64,000 nucleotides of DNA. Source: Eledone cirrhosa (lineage: Eukaryota). Where the stretch lies: positions 434,682,001-434,746,000 of the forward strand of contig OZ024740.1 in NCBI GenBank assembly GCA_964016885.1. The letters are read 5' to 3'. A program made the translations under genes and the position numbers. Positions 1-15,018 of the stretch are shown in pieces. The notes beneath the pieces are model-generated. The model worked only from the letters and a program-made list of their open reading frames with translations, had not been told where the DNA came from and ran no database searches. Position 1 is the first letter of the stretch. Every line of letters starts with the position of its first letter.

Positions 1-130
1 TTTAACATGTAGCTCTACATTAGTCTTTTGGAGCAAAGCAGTCAGTTGATTCTCATTGTTGACTAGAGTTTCCTCAAAAATATTAGCACTCTTCCCTTCC
101 TCTCACCAGCTAAATATCCCAACTGTTAGA

Positions 131-688
131 GGGCTGAGAGTGTTTGGTATATTCCAGATACTAGAGGACTGAGAGTGTCTGGTATATTCCAGATACTAGA
201 GGACTGAGAGTGTTTGGTATATTCCAGATACTAGAGGACTGAGAGTGTTTGGTATATTCCAGATACTAGAGGACTGAGAGTGTCTGGTATATTCCAGATA
301 CTAGAGGACTGAGAGTGTCTGGTATATTCCAGATACTAGAGGACTGAGAGTGTCTGGTATATTCCAGATACTAGAGGACTGAGAGTGTTTGGTATATTCC
401 AGATACTAGAGGACTGAGAGTGTCTGGTATATTCCAGATACTAGAGGACTGAGAGTGTTTGGTATATTCCAGATACTAGAGGACTGAGAGTGTCTGGTAT
501 ATTCCAGATACTAGAGGACTGAGAGTGTCTGGTATATTCCAGATACTAGAGGGCTGAGAGTGTCTGGTATATTCCAGATACTAGAGGGCTGAGAGTGTCT
601 GGTATATTCCAGATACTAGAGGACTGAGAGTGTCTGGTATATTCCAGATACCAGAGGACTGAGTATCTGGTATAATCCAGATACCAGA
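131..688. repeat. 35-bp minisatellite, ~16 copies
   Basis: Unit GGACTGAGAGTGT(C/T)TGGTATATTCCAGATACTAGA starts at 131, 166, 201 and so on. It contains an internal inverted repeat TCTGG-N6-CCAGA. Confidence 0.97.
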
Positions 689-1059
689 TGCTATTGGTCT
701 TTGCTTGACTCAGGTCTGTGGTCCTGGCAATACTAGACAACACCTGCTCACTGCCCAGAAATGTCTGCAGCTGCCACAGCATATTGAGCTGTCTATGCAG
801 AATGACCACCTGACCAGTGGTGCATGTCTCTTCTTCAAGAAACAAAAGAGCAGGCACTCTAACCTGGTTAAGATCAAAATTGGAGCAAGCCACAATAATA
901 TATAATAGATGTGATGTTTACATTCATCACCTCTCACCTTTCAGGGCTAGCTTCCTGCCAGTTCAATTCTGGGAGAGACCGAGAAACTAACCACTCTGGT
1001 TGTAATCTTATCCCAGTTTTTATTAAGAATGATTCTTTTATATGTTTTTTTTATCTTAA

Positions 1060-1395
1060 AATAATAATGAAAATTATTGTGTACAATGTTCAGGTGTACT
1101 ACAACTCATCAAAGGTGCATGTATAGTACATAGAATAAGGTACAAAAGTCAGGAAAGTGAACAGTGTAAGAGTCATGATATACATGCATACATGTTTATG
1201 GAGAGGAACATCAGGTATAGTGCTGGCGAATTTTGGGAGGTTTTGAAGGATACAGTGTCCTGACAGCTAACAACTGATGCAGGTAGTTTGTTTCATGCTT
1301 CAGCAACTCTGAGCATGAAAAAATGTTTCTGAAAGTCATGGGAGCTGTGCTGTTTTCTGACTTTGTAGGCATGTCTACGGTATGTTAGACATATG
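1060..1395 (-). mobile_element. CR1-clade LINE 3' fragment (ORF2 C-terminus, 3'UTR, short ATT tail)
   Basis: Minus strand reads approximately HAYKVRKQHSSHDFQKHFF.LRVAEA*NKLPASVVSCQDTVSFKTS, matching the CR1 terminal motif TRGH..K...R..FF..RV...WN.LP..VV.....FK. It is degenerate. Confidence 0.8.
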
Positions 1396-2912
1396 GTGTC
1401 ATGTCCACAGTATGTTAGACATGGTGTCATGTCTATGGTATGTTAGACATGGTGTCATGTCCACAGTATGTTAGACATGGTGTCATGTCTATGGTATGTT
1501 AGACATGGTGTCATGTCTATGGTATGTTAGACATGGTGTCATGTCCACAGTATGTTAGACATGGTGTCATGTCTATGGTATGTTAGACATGGTGTCATGT
1601 CTATGGTATGTTAGACATGGTGTCATGTCCACAGTATGTTAGACATGGTGTCATGTCTACGGTATGTTAGACATGGTGTCATGTCTACGGTATGTTAGAC
1701 ATGGTGTCATGTCTATGGTATGTTAGACATGGTGTCATGTCTATGGTATGTTAGACATGGTGTCATGTCTATGGTATGTTAGACATGGTGTCATGTCTAT
1801 GGTATGTTAGACATGGTGTCATGTCCACAGTATGTTAGACATGGTGTCATGTCTATGGTATGTTAGACATGGTGTCATGTCCACAGTATGTTAGACATGG
1901 TGTCATGTCTATGGTATGTTAGACATGGTGTCATGTCTATGGTATGTTAGACATGGTGTCATGTCCACAGTATGTTAGACATGGTGTCATGTCCACAGTA
2001 TGTTAGACATGGTGTCATGTCTATGGTATGTTAGACATGGTGTCATGTCTATGGTATGTTAGACATGGTGTCATGTCCACAGTATGTTAGACATGGTGTC
2101 ATGTCCACAGTATGTTAGACATGGTGTCATGTCCACAGTATGTTAGACATGGTGTCATGTCTATGGTATGTTAGACATGGTGTCATGTCTATGGTATGTT
2201 AGACATGGTGTCATGTCTATGGTATGTTAGACATGGTGTCATGTCCACAGTATGTTAGACATGGTGTCATGTCTATGGTATGTTAGACATGGTGTCATGT
2301 CTATGGTATGTTAGACATGGTGTCATGTCCACAGTATGTTAGACATGGTGTCATGTCCACAGTATGTTAGACATGGTGTCATGTCTACGGTATGTTAGAC
2401 ATGGTGTCATGTCTATGGTATGTTAGACATGGTGTCATGTCTACGGTATGTTAGACATGGTGTCATGTCTATGGTATGTTAGACATGGTGTCATGTCTAT
2501 GGTATGTTAGACATGGTGTCATGTCTATGGTATGTTAGACATGGTGTCATGTCTATGGTATATTAGACATGGTGTCATGTCTACGGTATGTTAGACATGG
2601 TGTCATGTCTATGGTATGTTAGACATGGTGTCATGTCTATGGTATGTTAGACATGGTGTCATGTCTACGGTATGTTAGACATATGGTGTCATGTCCACAG
2701 TATGTTAGACATGGTGTCATGTCTATGGTATATTAGACATGGTGTCATGTCCACAGTATGTTAGACATATGGTGTCATGTCTATGGTATGTTAGACATGG
2801 TGTCATGTCTATGGTATGTTAGACATGGTGTCATGTCTATGGTATGTTAGACATGGTGTCATGTCTACGGTATGTTAGACATGGTGTCATGTCTATGGTA
2901 TGTTAGACATAT
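1370..2912. repeat. 28-bp minisatellite, ~55 copies
   Basis: Unit GTCATGTCTATGGTATGTTAGACATGGT with CTATGG/CCACAG/CTACGG variants. It contains an 8-bp inverted repeat CATGTCTA-N8-TAGACATG. Confidence 0.97.
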
Positions 2913-3066
2913 GGAGTAATGTTCTATTAAGCTGTCAATATTGTGTATAAGACCTAATTGTTGCTGGAAATAACAAATTTTGTCAAAATTTAGTGTCAAA
3001 GGTAATTAATTTCTGATTTGAGTATCTTTGACCAGTGGAGCAAAGAAACAGTAATTGTGTTGTTGG

Positions 3067-4518
3067 CTTAGATTAAGCCCATTGCCCCCCCCCCCCCCCT
3101 ACAGATTAGATTAAGACCATTGCTCCCCCCCCGACAACTTAGATTAAGACAATTGCTCTCTCTCTCTCTCTCCCCCCCCTTCAACTTAGATTAAGACCAT
3201 TGCTCTCTCTCTCTCTCCCTCCTACAACTTAGATTAAGACCATTGCTCTCTCTCTCTCTCTCCCTCCTACAACTGAGATTAAGACCATTGCTCTCTCTCT
3301 CCCTCCTACAACTTAGATTAAGACCATTGCTCTCTCTCTCTCTCTCTCCCCCCTTCAACTTAGATTAAGACCATTGCTCTCTCTCTCTCTCTCCCTCCTA
3401 CAACTTAGATTAAGACCATTGCTCTCTCTCTCTCTCTCCCCTTCAACTTAGATTAAGACCATTGCTCTCTCTCTCTCTCTCCCTCCTACAACTTAGATTA
3501 AGACCATTGCTCTCTCTCTCTCTCTCTCCCCCCTTCAACTTAGATTAAGACCATTGCTCTCTCTCTCTCTCTCCCCCCTTCAACTTAGATTAAGACCATT
3601 GCTCTCTCTCTCTCTCTCTCTCCCCCCTTCAACTTAGATTAAGACCATTGCTCTCTCTCTCTCTCTCTCCCCCCTTCAACTTAGATTAAGACCATTGCTC
3701 TCTCTCTCTCTCTCCCTCCTACAACTTAGATTAAGACCATTGCTCTCTCTCTCTCTCTCTCCCCCCTTCAACTTAGATTAAGACCATTGCTCTCTCTCTC
3801 TCTCTCTCCCCCCTTCAACTTAGATTAAGACCATTGCTCTCTCTCTCTCTCTCCCTCCTACAACTTAGATTAAGACCATTGCTCTCTCTCTCTCTCTCTC
3901 CCCCCTTCAACTTAGATTAAGACCATTGCTCTCTCTCTCTCTCTCCCTCCTACAACTGAGATTAAGACCATTGCTCTCTCTCTCCCTCCTACAACTTAGA
4001 TTAAGACCATTGCTCTCTCTCTCTCTCTCTCCCCCCTTCAACTTAGATTAAGACCATTGCTCTCTCTCTCTCTCTCCCTCCTACAACTTAGATTAAGACC
4101 ATTGCTCTCTCTCTCTCTCTCCCCTTCAACTTAGATTAAGACCATTGCTCTCTCTCTCTCTCTCCCCCCTTCAACTTAGATTAAGACCATTGCTCTCTCT
4201 CTCTCTCTCCCCCTCCTACAACTTAGATTAAGACCATTGCTCTCTCTCTCTCTCTCCCCCCTTCAACTTAGATTAAGACCATTGCTCTCTCTCTCTCTCT
4301 CCCTCCTACAACTTAGATTAAGACCATTGCTCTCTCTCTCTCTCTCCCCTTCAACTTAGATTAAGACCATTGCTCTCTCTCTCTCTCTCCCTCCTACAAT
4401 TTAGATTAAGACCATTGCTCTCTCTCTCTCTCTCTCTCTCTCTCCCCTCCCTACAACTTAGATTAAGACCATTGCTCTCTCTCTCTCTCTCCCTCCTACA
4501 ACTTAGATTAAGACCATT

Positions 4519-4562
<44 letters not shown>

Positions 4563-4654
4563 CCTCTCTCTCTCTCTCTCCCCCTCCTACAACTTAGATT
4601 AAGACCATTGCTCTCTCTCTCTCTCTCCCTCCTACAACTTAGATTAAGACCATT

Positions 4655-4692
<38 letters not shown>

Positions 4693-5168
4693 CTACAACT
4701 TAGATTAAGACCATTGCTCTCTCTCTCTCTCTCTCTCCCTCCTACAACATAGATTAAGACCATTGCTCTCTCTCTCTCTCCCTACAACATAGATTAAGAC
4801 CATTGCTCTCTCTCTCTATCTCCCCCCTACAACTTAGATTAAGACCATTGCTCTCTCTCTCTCTCCCCTACATCTTAGATTAAGACCATTGCTCTCTCTC
4901 TCTCTCCCCTACATCTTAGATTAAGACCATTGCTCTCTCTCTCTCTCTCTCCCCCCTACAACTTAGATTAAGACCATTGCTCTCTCTCTCTCTCTCCCTC
5001 CTACAACTTAGATTAAGACCATTGCTCTCTCTCTCTCTCTCTCTCCCCTACATCTTAGATTAAGACCATTGCTCTCTCTCTCTCTCTCTCCCCCCTACAA
5101 CTTAGATTAAGACCATTGCTCTCTCTCTCTCTCTCTCTCCCCCCCCTACAACTTAGATTAAGACCATT

Positions 5169-5225
<57 letters not shown>

Positions 5226-5510
5226 ACAACATAGATTAAGACCATTGCTCTCTCTCTCTCTCTCTCCCTCCTACAACTTAGATTAAGACCATTGCTCTCT
5301 CTCTCTCTCTCTCTCTCCCCCCTACAACTTAGATTAAGACCATTGCTCTCTCTCTCTCTCTCTCTCTCCCTACAACGTAGATTAAGACCATTGCTCTCTC
5401 TCTCTCTCTCCCCCTACAACTTAGATTAAGACCATTGCTCTCTCTCCCCCTCCTACAACTTAGATTAAGACCATTGCCCCCCCCCCCTTCAACTTAGATT
5501 AAGACCATTG

Positions 5511-5541
<31 letters not shown>

Positions 5542-5905
5542 CTACAACTTAGATTAAGACCATTGCTCTCTCTCTCTCTCTCTCCCTCCTACAACTTAGA
5601 TTAAGACCATTGCTCTCTCTCTCTCTCTCCCCCCTTCAACTTAGATTAAGACCATTGCTCTCTCTCTCTCTCTCTCTCTCCCTCCTACAACTTAGATTAA
5701 GACCATTGCTCTCTCTCTCTCTCTCTCTCTCCCCTTCAACTTAGATTAAGACCATTGCTCTCTCTCTCTCTCTCTCCCTCCTACAACTTAGATTAAGACC
5801 ATTGCTCTCTCTCTCTCTCTCTCTCTCTCCCCCTCCTACAACTTAGATTAAGACCATTGCTCTCTCTCTCTCTCTCTCCCTCCTACAACTTAGATTAAGA
5901 CCATT

Positions 5906-5943
<38 letters not shown>

Positions 5944-6035
5944 CCTCTCTCTCTCTCTCTCCCCCTCCTACAACTTAGATTAAGACCATTGCTCTCTCTC
6001 TCTCTCTCCCTCCTACAACTTAGATTAAGACCATT

Positions 6036-6071
<36 letters not shown>

Positions 6072-6555
6072 CTACAACTTAGATTAAGACCATTGCTCTC
6101 TCTCTCTCTCTCTCTCCCTCCTACAACATAGATTAAGACCATTGCTCTCTCTCTCTCTCCCTACAACATAGATTAAGACCATTGCTCTCTCTCTCTATCT
6201 CCCCCCTACAACTTAGATTAAGACCATTGCTCTCTCTCTCTCTCCCCTACATCTTAGATTAAGACCATTGCTCTCTCTCTCTCTCTCTCTCCCCTACATC
6301 TTAGATTAAGACCATTGCTCTCTCTCTCTCTCTCTCCCCCCTACAACTTAGATTAAGACCATTGCTCTCTCTCTCTCTCTCCCTCCTACAACTTAGATTA
6401 AGACCATTGCTCTCTCTCTCTCTCTCTCTCCCCTACATCTTAGATTAAGACCATTGCTCTCTCTCTCTCTCTCTCCCCCCTACAACTTAGATTAAGACCA
6501 TTGCTCTCTCTCTCTCTCTCTCTCCCCCCCCCCTACAACTTAGATTAAGACCATT

Positions 6556-6594
<39 letters not shown>

Positions 6595-6883
6595 ACAACA
6601 TAGATTAAGACCATTGCTCTCTCTCTCTCTCTCTCCCTCCTACAACTTAGATTAAGACCATTGCTCTCTCTCTCTCTCTCTCTCTCCCCCCTACAACTTA
6701 GATTAAGACCATTGCTCTCTCTCTCTCTCTCTCTCTCTCTCCCTACAACGTAGATTAAGACCATTGCTCTCTCTCTCTCTCTCCCCCTACAACTTAGATT
6801 AAGACCATTGCTCTCTCTCCCCCTCCTACAACTTAGATTAAGACCATTGCCCCCCCCCCCTTCAACTTAGATTAAGACCATTG

Positions 6884-6914
<31 letters not shown>

Positions 6915-7275
6915 CTACAACTTAGATTAAGACCATTGCTCTCTCTCTCTCTCTCTCCCTCCTACAACTTAGATTAAGACCATTGCTCTCTCTCTCTCTC
7001 TCCCCCCTTCAACTTAGATTAAGACCATTGCTCTCTCTCTCTCTCTCTCCCTCCTACAACTTAGATTAAGACCATTGCTCTCTCTCTCTCTCTCTCTCTC
7101 CCCTTCAACTTAGATTAAGACCATTGCTCTCTCTCTCTCTCTCTCCCTCCTACAACTTAGATTAAGACCATTGCTCTCTCTCTCTCTCTCTCTCTCTCCC
7201 CCTCCTACAACTTAGATTAAGACCATTGCTCTCTCTCTCTCTCTCTCCCTCCTACAACTTAGATTAAGACCATTG

Positions 7276-7308
<33 letters not shown>

Positions 7309-8847
7309 CTACAACTTAGATTAAGACCATTGCTCTCTCTCCCTCCTACAACATAGATTAAGACCATTGCTCTCTCTCTCTCCCCCCTACAACATAGATT
7401 AAGACCATTTCTCTCTCTCTCTCTCTCCCTACAACATAGATTAAGACCATTGCTCTCTCTCTCTCCCCCCTACAACATAGATTAAGACCATTTCTCTCTC
7501 TCTCTCTCCCTACAACTTAGATTAAGACCATTGCTCTCTCTCTCTCCCCCTACAACATAGATTAAGACCATTTCTCTCTCTCTCTCTCCCTACAACTTAG
7601 ATTAAGACCATTGCTCTCTCTCCCTCCTACAACATAGATTAAGACCATTGCTCTCTCTCTCTCCCCCCTACAACATAGATTAAGACCATTTCTCTCTCTC
7701 TCTCTCCCTACAACTTAGATTAAGACCATTGCTCTCTCTCTCTCTCTCCCCTACATCTTAGATTAAGACCATTGCTCTCTATCTCCCCCCTACATCTTAG
7801 ATTAAGACCATTGCTCTCTCTCTCTCCCCTACATCTTAGATTAAGACCATTGCTCTCTCTCTCTCTCTCCCTCCTACAACTTAGATTAAGACCATTGCTC
7901 TCTCTCTCTCTCCCCTACATCTTAGATTAAGACCATTGCTCTCTCTCTCTCTCTCTCTCTCTCCCCTACATCTTAGATTAAGACTATTGCTCTCTCTCTC
8001 TCCCCCCCCCCTACAACTTAGATTAAGACCATTTCTCTCTCTCTCTCTCTCTCTCTCTCCCCCCTACAACTTAGATTAAGACCATTGCTCTCTCTCTCTC
8101 TCTCTCCCCCCTACAACTTAGATTAAGACCATTGCTCTCTCTCTCTCTCCCCCTACAACTTAGATTAAGACCATTTCTCTCTCTCTCTCTCTCTCTCCCC
8201 CCTACAACTTAGATTAAGACCATTGCTCTCTCTCTCTCTCTCCCTACAACTTAGATTAAGACCATTGCTCTCTCTCTCTCTCCCCTACATCTTAGATTAA
8301 GACTATTGCTCTCTCTCTCCCCCCTACAACTTAGATTAAGACCATTGCTCTCTCTCTCTCTCTCTCCCTCCTACAACTTAGATTAAGACCATTGCTCTCT
8401 CTCTCTCTCTCCCCCCTACAATTTAGATGAAGACCATTTCTCTCTCTCTCTCTCTCTCCCCCTCCTACAACATAGATTAAGACCATTGCTCTCTCTCCCC
8501 CTCCTACAACATAGATTAAGACCATTGCTCTCTCTCTCTCTCTCTCCCCCTCCTACAACTTAGATTAAGACCATTGTTCTCTCTCTCTCTCTCTCTCTCC
8601 CTCCTACAACTTAGATTAAGACCATTGCTCTCTCTCTCTCTCTCTCCCTCCTACAACTTAGATTAAGACCATTGCTCTCTCTCTCTCTCTCTCCCCCCTA
8701 CAACTTAGATTAAGACCATTTCTCTCTCTCTCTCTCTCTCCCCCTACAACATAGATTAAGACCATTGCTCTCTCTCTCTCTCCCTCCTACAACTTAGATT
8801 AAGACCATTGCTCTCTCTCCCTCCTACAACTTAGATTAAGACCATTG

Positions 8848-8878
<31 letters not shown>

Positions 8879-9278
8879 CTACAACTTAGATTAAGACCAT
8901 TGCTCTCTCTCTCTCTCTCCCCCCTTCAACTTAGATTAAGACCATTGCTCTCTCTCTCTCTCTCCCTCCTACAACTTAGATTGAGACCATTGCTCTCTCT
9001 CTCTCTCTCTCTCTCCCTCCTACAACTTAGATTAAGACCATTGCTCACTCTCTCTCTCTCCCTACAACATAGATTAAGACCATTGCTCTCTCTCTCTCTC
9101 TCTCTCTCTCCCTCCTACAACATAGATTAAGACCATTGCTCTCTCTCTCTCTCTCTCTCTCTCCCTACAACATAGATTAAGACCATTGCTCTCTCTCTCT
9201 TTCTCTCTCTCCCTCCTACAACATAGATTAAGACCATTGCTCTCTCTCTCTCTCCCTACAACATAGATTAAGACCATT

Positions 9279-9322
<44 letters not shown>

Positions 9323-10424
9323 CTACAACTTAGATTAAGACCATTGCTCTCTCTCTCTCTCTCTCCCCCCTACAACTTAGATTAAGACCATTGCTCTCTC
9401 TCTCTCCCCCTACAACATAGATTAAGACCATTGCTCTCTCTCTCTCTCTCTCTCTCCCCCCTACAACTTAGATTAAGACCATTGCTCTCTCTCTCTCTCC
9501 CTACAACATAGATTAAGACCATTGCTCTCTCTCTCTCTCTCCCCCTACAACATAGATTAAGACCATTGCTCTCTCTCTCTCTCTCCCCCTACAACATAGA
9601 TTAAGACCATTGCTCTCTCTCTCCCTCCTACAACTTAGATTAAGACCATTGCTCTCTCTCTCTCTCTCTCTCCCCCCTACAACTTAGATTAAGACCATTG
9701 CTCTCTCTCTCTCTCTCTCTCCCCCCCTACAACTTAGATTAAGACCATTGCTCTCTCTCTCCCCCCTACAACTTAGATTAAGACCATTGCTCTCTCTCTC
9801 TCCCCTACAACTTAGATTAAGACCATTGCTCTCTCTCTCTCTCTCTCTCTCCCCCCTACAACTTGGATTAAGACCATTGCTCCCCCCCCTTACAACTTAG
9901 ATTAAGACCATTGCTCTCTCTCTCTCCCCTACAACTTAGATTAAGACCATTGCTCTCTCTCTCTCTCTCTCCCCCCTACAACTTGGATTAAGACCATTGC
10001 CCCCCCCCCCTTACAACTTAGATTAAGACCATTGCTCTCTCTCTCTCCCCTACAACTTAGATTAAGACCATTGCTCTCTCTCTCTCCCCTACAACTTAGA
10101 TTAAGACCATTGCTCTCTCTCTCTCTCTCCCCCTACAACATAGATTAAGACCATTGCACTCTCTCTCTCTCTCTCCCTCCTACAACTTAGATTAAGACCA
10201 TTGCTCTCTCTCTCTCTCTCTCCCCCTACAACATAGATTAAGACCATTGCTCTCTCTCTCTCTCTCTCCCTCCTACAACATAGATTAAGACCATTGCTCT
10301 CTCTCTCCCCCTACAACATAGATTAAGACCATTGCTCTCTCTCTCTCTCTCTCTCTCCCTCCTACAACATAGATTAAGACCATTGCTCTCTCTCTCTCTC
10401 CTACAACTTAGATTAAGACCATTG

Positions 10425-10455
<31 letters not shown>

Positions 10456-10809
10456 CTACAACATAGATTAAGACCATTGCTCTCTCTCTCTCTCTCCCTC
10501 CTACAACATAGATTAAGACCATTGCTCTCTCTCTCTCTCTCTCCCTCCTACAACTTAGATTAAGACCATTGCTCTCTCTCTCTCTCTCTCTCTCTCCCTC
10601 CTACAACTTAGATTAAGACCATTGCTCTCTCTCTCTCTCTCTCCCTCCTACAACATAGATTAAGACCATTGCTCTCTCTCTCTCTCTCCCTCCTACAACA
10701 TAGATTAAGACCATTGCTCTCTCTCTCTCTCTCTCCCTCCTACAACATAGATTAAGACCATTGCTCTCTCTCTCTCTCTCTCCCCCCTACAACATAGATT
10801 AAGACCATT

Positions 10810-10855
<46 letters not shown>

Positions 10856-11602
10856 CTACAACTTAGATTAAGACCATTGCTCTCTCTCTCTCTCTCTCCC
10901 TCCTACAACTTAGATTAAGACCATTGCTCTCTCTCTCTCTCTCTCTCCCTCCTACAACATAGATTAAGACCATTGCTCTCTCTCTCTCTCTCTCCTTCCT
11001 ACAACTTAGATTAAGACCATTGCTCTCTCTCTCTCTCTCTCTCCCTCCTACAACCAACTTAGATTAAGACCATTGCTCTCTCTCTCTCTCTCTCTCCCTC
11101 CTACAACTTAGATTAAGACCATTGCTCTCTCTCTCTCTCTCTCTCTCCCTACAACATAGATTAAGACCATTGCTCTCTCTCTCTCTCTCTCTCCCTCCTA
11201 CAACATAGATTAAGACCATTGCTCTCTCTCTCTCTCTATCTCTCCCCTACAACATAGATTAAGATCATTGCTCTCTCTCTCTCTCTCCCCCCTACAACTT
11301 AGATTAAGACAATTGCTCTCTCTCTCTCTCTCCCTCCTACAACTTAGATTAAGACCATTGCTCTCTCTCTCTCTCTCTCTCTCTCCCTCCTACAACATAG
11401 ATTAAGACCATTGCTCTCTCTCTCTCTCTCTCCCTCCAACAACATAGATTAAGACCATTGCTCTCTCTCTCTCTCTCCCTACAACATAGATTAAGACCAT
11501 TGCTCTCTCTCTCTATCTCTCTCTCCCTCCTACAACATAGATTAAGACCATTGCTCTCTCTCTCTCTCTCTCTCTCTCCCTACAACATAGATTAAGACCA
11601 TT

Positions 11603-11638
<36 letters not shown>

Positions 11639-12041
11639 CTACAACATAGATTAAGACCATTGCTCTCTCTCTCCCTCCTACAACTTAGATTAAGACCATT
11701 GCTCTCTCTCTCTATCTCCCCCCTACAACTTAGATTAAGACCATTGCTCTCTCTCTCTCTCTCTCTCCCTCCTACAACTTAGATTAAGACCATTGCTCTC
11801 TCTCTCTATCTCCCCCTACAACTTAGATTAAGACCATTGCTCTCTCTCTCTCTCTCTCTCCCTACAAGATAGATTAAGACCATTGCTCTCTCTCTCTCTC
11901 TCTCTCTCTCTCCCCCCTACAACTTAGATTAAGACCATTGCTCTCTCTCTCTCTCTCTCTCCCTCCTACAACTTAGATTAAGACCATTGCTCTCTCTCTC
12001 TCACTCTCTCTCTCCCCCCTACAACTTAGATTAAGACCATT

Positions 12042-12075
<34 letters not shown>

Positions 12076-12145
12076 CCCTACAACTTAGAGTAAGACTATT
12101 GCTCTCTCTCTCTCTCTCCCTCCTACAACTTAGATTAAGACCATT

Positions 12146-12180
<35 letters not shown>

Positions 12181-12202
12181 ACAACATAGATTAAGACCAT
12201 TG

Positions 12203-12233
<31 letters not shown>

Positions 12234-14217
12234 CTACAACTTAGATTAAGACCATTGCTCTCTCTCTCTCTCTCTCTCTCTCCCTACAACATAGATTAAG
12301 ACCATTGCTCTCTCTCTCTCTCTCTCTCTCTCCCTCCTACAACATAGATTAAGACCATTGCTCTCTCTCTCTCTCTCTCCCTACAACATAGATTAAGACC
12401 ATTGCTCTCTCTCTCTTTCTCTCTCTCCCTCCTACAACATAGATTAAGACATTGTTCTCTCTCTCTCTCCCTACAACATAGATTAAGACCATTGCTCTCT
12501 CTCTCTCTCTCTCTCTCCCTCCTACAACTTAGATTAAGACCATTGCTCTCTCTCTCTCTCTCTCTCCCCCCTACAACTTAGATTAAGACCATTGCTCTCT
12601 CTCTCTCTCTCCCCCTACAACATAGATTAAGACCATTGCTCTCTCTCTCTCTCTCTCTCTCCCCCCCTACAACTTAGATTAAGACCATTGCTCTCTCTCT
12701 CTCTCCCTACAACATAGATTAAGACCATTGCTCTCTCTCTCTCTCTCTCTCCCTCCTACAACTTAGATTAAGACCATTGCTCTCTCTCTCCCCCCTACAA
12801 CTTAGATTAAGACCATTGCTCTCTCTCTCCCCCTACAACATAGATTAAGACCATTGCTCTCTCTCTCTCTCTCCCCCTACAACATAGATTAAGACCATTG
12901 CTCTCTCTCTCCCTCCTACAACTTAGATTAAGACCATTGCTCTCTCTCTCTCTCTCTCTCTCTCCCCCCCTACAACTTAGATTAAGACCATTGCTCTCTC
13001 TCTCTCTCTCTCTCCCCCCCTACAACTTAGATTAAGACCATTGCTCTCTCTCTCCCCCCTACAACTTAGATTAAGACCATTGCTCTCTCTCTCTCCCCTA
13101 CAACTTAGATTAAGACCATTGCTCTCTCTCTCTCTCTCTCTCCCCCCTACAACTTGGATTAAGACCATTGCTCCCCCCCCTTACAACTTAGATTAAGACC
13201 ATTGCTCTCTCTCTCTCCCCTACAACTTAGATTAAGACCATTGCTCTCTCTCTCTCTCTCTCTCTCCCCCCTACAACTTGGATTAAGACCATTGCCCCCT
13301 CCCCCCCCCTTACAACTTAGATTAAGACCATTGCTCTCTCTCTCTCCCCTACAACTTAGATTAAGACCATTGCTCTCTCTCTCTCCCCTACAACTTAGAT
13401 TAAGACCATTGCTCTCTCTCTCTCTCTCCCCCTACAACATAGATTAAGACCATTGCACTCTCTCTCTCTCTCTCTCTCTCCCTCCTACAACTTAGATTAA
13501 GACCATTGCTCTCTCTCTCTCTCTCTCCCCCTACAACATAGATTAAGACCATTGCTCTCTCTCTCTCTCTCTCCCTCCTACAACATAGATTAAGACCATT
13601 GCTCTCTCTCTCCCCCTACAACATAGATTAAGACCATTGCTCTCTCTCTCTCTCTCTCTCCCTCCTACAACATAGATTAAGACCATTGCTCTCTCTCTCT
13701 CTCCTACAACTTAGATTAAGACCATTGCTCTCTCTCTCTCTCTCTCTCTCCCTCCTACAACATAGATTAAGACCATTGCTCTCTCTCTCTCTCTCTCTCT
13801 CCCTCCTACAACATAGATTAAGACCATTGCTCTCTCTCTCTCTCTCTCCCTCCTACAACTTAGATTAAGACCATTGCTCTCTCTCTCTCTCTCTCTCTCC
13901 CTCCTACAACTTAGATTAAGACCATTGCTCTCTCTCTCTCTCTCTCCCTCCTACAACATAGATTAAGACCATTGCTCTCTCTCTCTCTCTCTCTCCCTCC
14001 TACAACATAGATTAAGACCATTGCTCTCTCTCTCTCTCTCTCTCCCTCCTACAACATAGATTAAGACCATTGCTCTCTCTCTCTCTCTCTCGCTCTCCCT
14101 ACAACATAGATTAAGACCATTGCTCTCTCTCTCTCTCTCTCCCTCCTACAACATAGATTAAGACCATTGCTCTCTCTCTCTCTCTCTCTCCCCCTACAAC
14201 ATAGATTAAGACCATTG

Positions 14218-14248
<31 letters not shown>

Positions 14249-14466
14249 CTACAACTTAGATTAAGACCATTGCTCTCTCTCTCTCTCTCTCCCTCCTACA
14301 ACTTAGATTAAGACCATTGCTCTCTCTCTCTCTCTCTCTCTCCCTCCTACAACATAGATTAAGACCATTGCTCTCTCTCTCTCTCTCTCTCCCTACAACA
14401 TAGATTAAGACCATTGCTCTCTCTCTCTCTCTCTCTCTCCCTCCTACAACTTAGATTAAGACCATT

Positions 14467-14503
<37 letters not shown>

Positions 14504-14962
14504 ACAACATAGATTAAGACCATTGCTCTCTCTCTCTCTCTCTCCCTCCTACAACATAGATTAAGACCATTGCTCTCTCTCTCTCTCTCTCTCTCCCCTA
14601 CAACATAGATTAAGACCATTGCTCTCTCTCTCTCTCTCTCTCTCCCCCTACAACTTAGATTAAGACAATTGCTCTCTCTCTCTCTCTCCCTCCTACAACT
14701 TAGATTAAGACCATTGCTCTCTCTCTCTCTCTCTCTCTCCCTCCTACAACATAGATTAAGACCATTGCTCTCTCTCTCTCTCTCTCCCTCCTACAACATA
14801 GATTAAGACCATTGCTCTCTCTCTCTCTCTCTCTCTCTCCCTACAACATAGATTAAGACCATTGCTCTCTCTCTCTATCTCTCTCTCCCTCCTACAACAT
14901 AGATTAAGACCATTGCTCTCTCTCTCTCTCTCTCTCTCCCTACTACATAGATTAAGACCATT

Positions 14963-15018
<56 letters not shown>

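Noticed and set aside
1-1000. Possible exons of a neighbouring gene (ORFs 546-893, 705-905, 710-937; a 31-nt minus-strand AG...GT segment at ~938-968; an open minus frame at 1-100)
   Set aside because: No recognisable protein similarity and no consistent exon chain. This would need RNA-seq.
1370-2912. Palindromic 28-bp repeats resembling CRISPR direct repeats (also the 35-mer and 29-mer arrays)
   Set aside because: Units are head-to-tail with no spacers.
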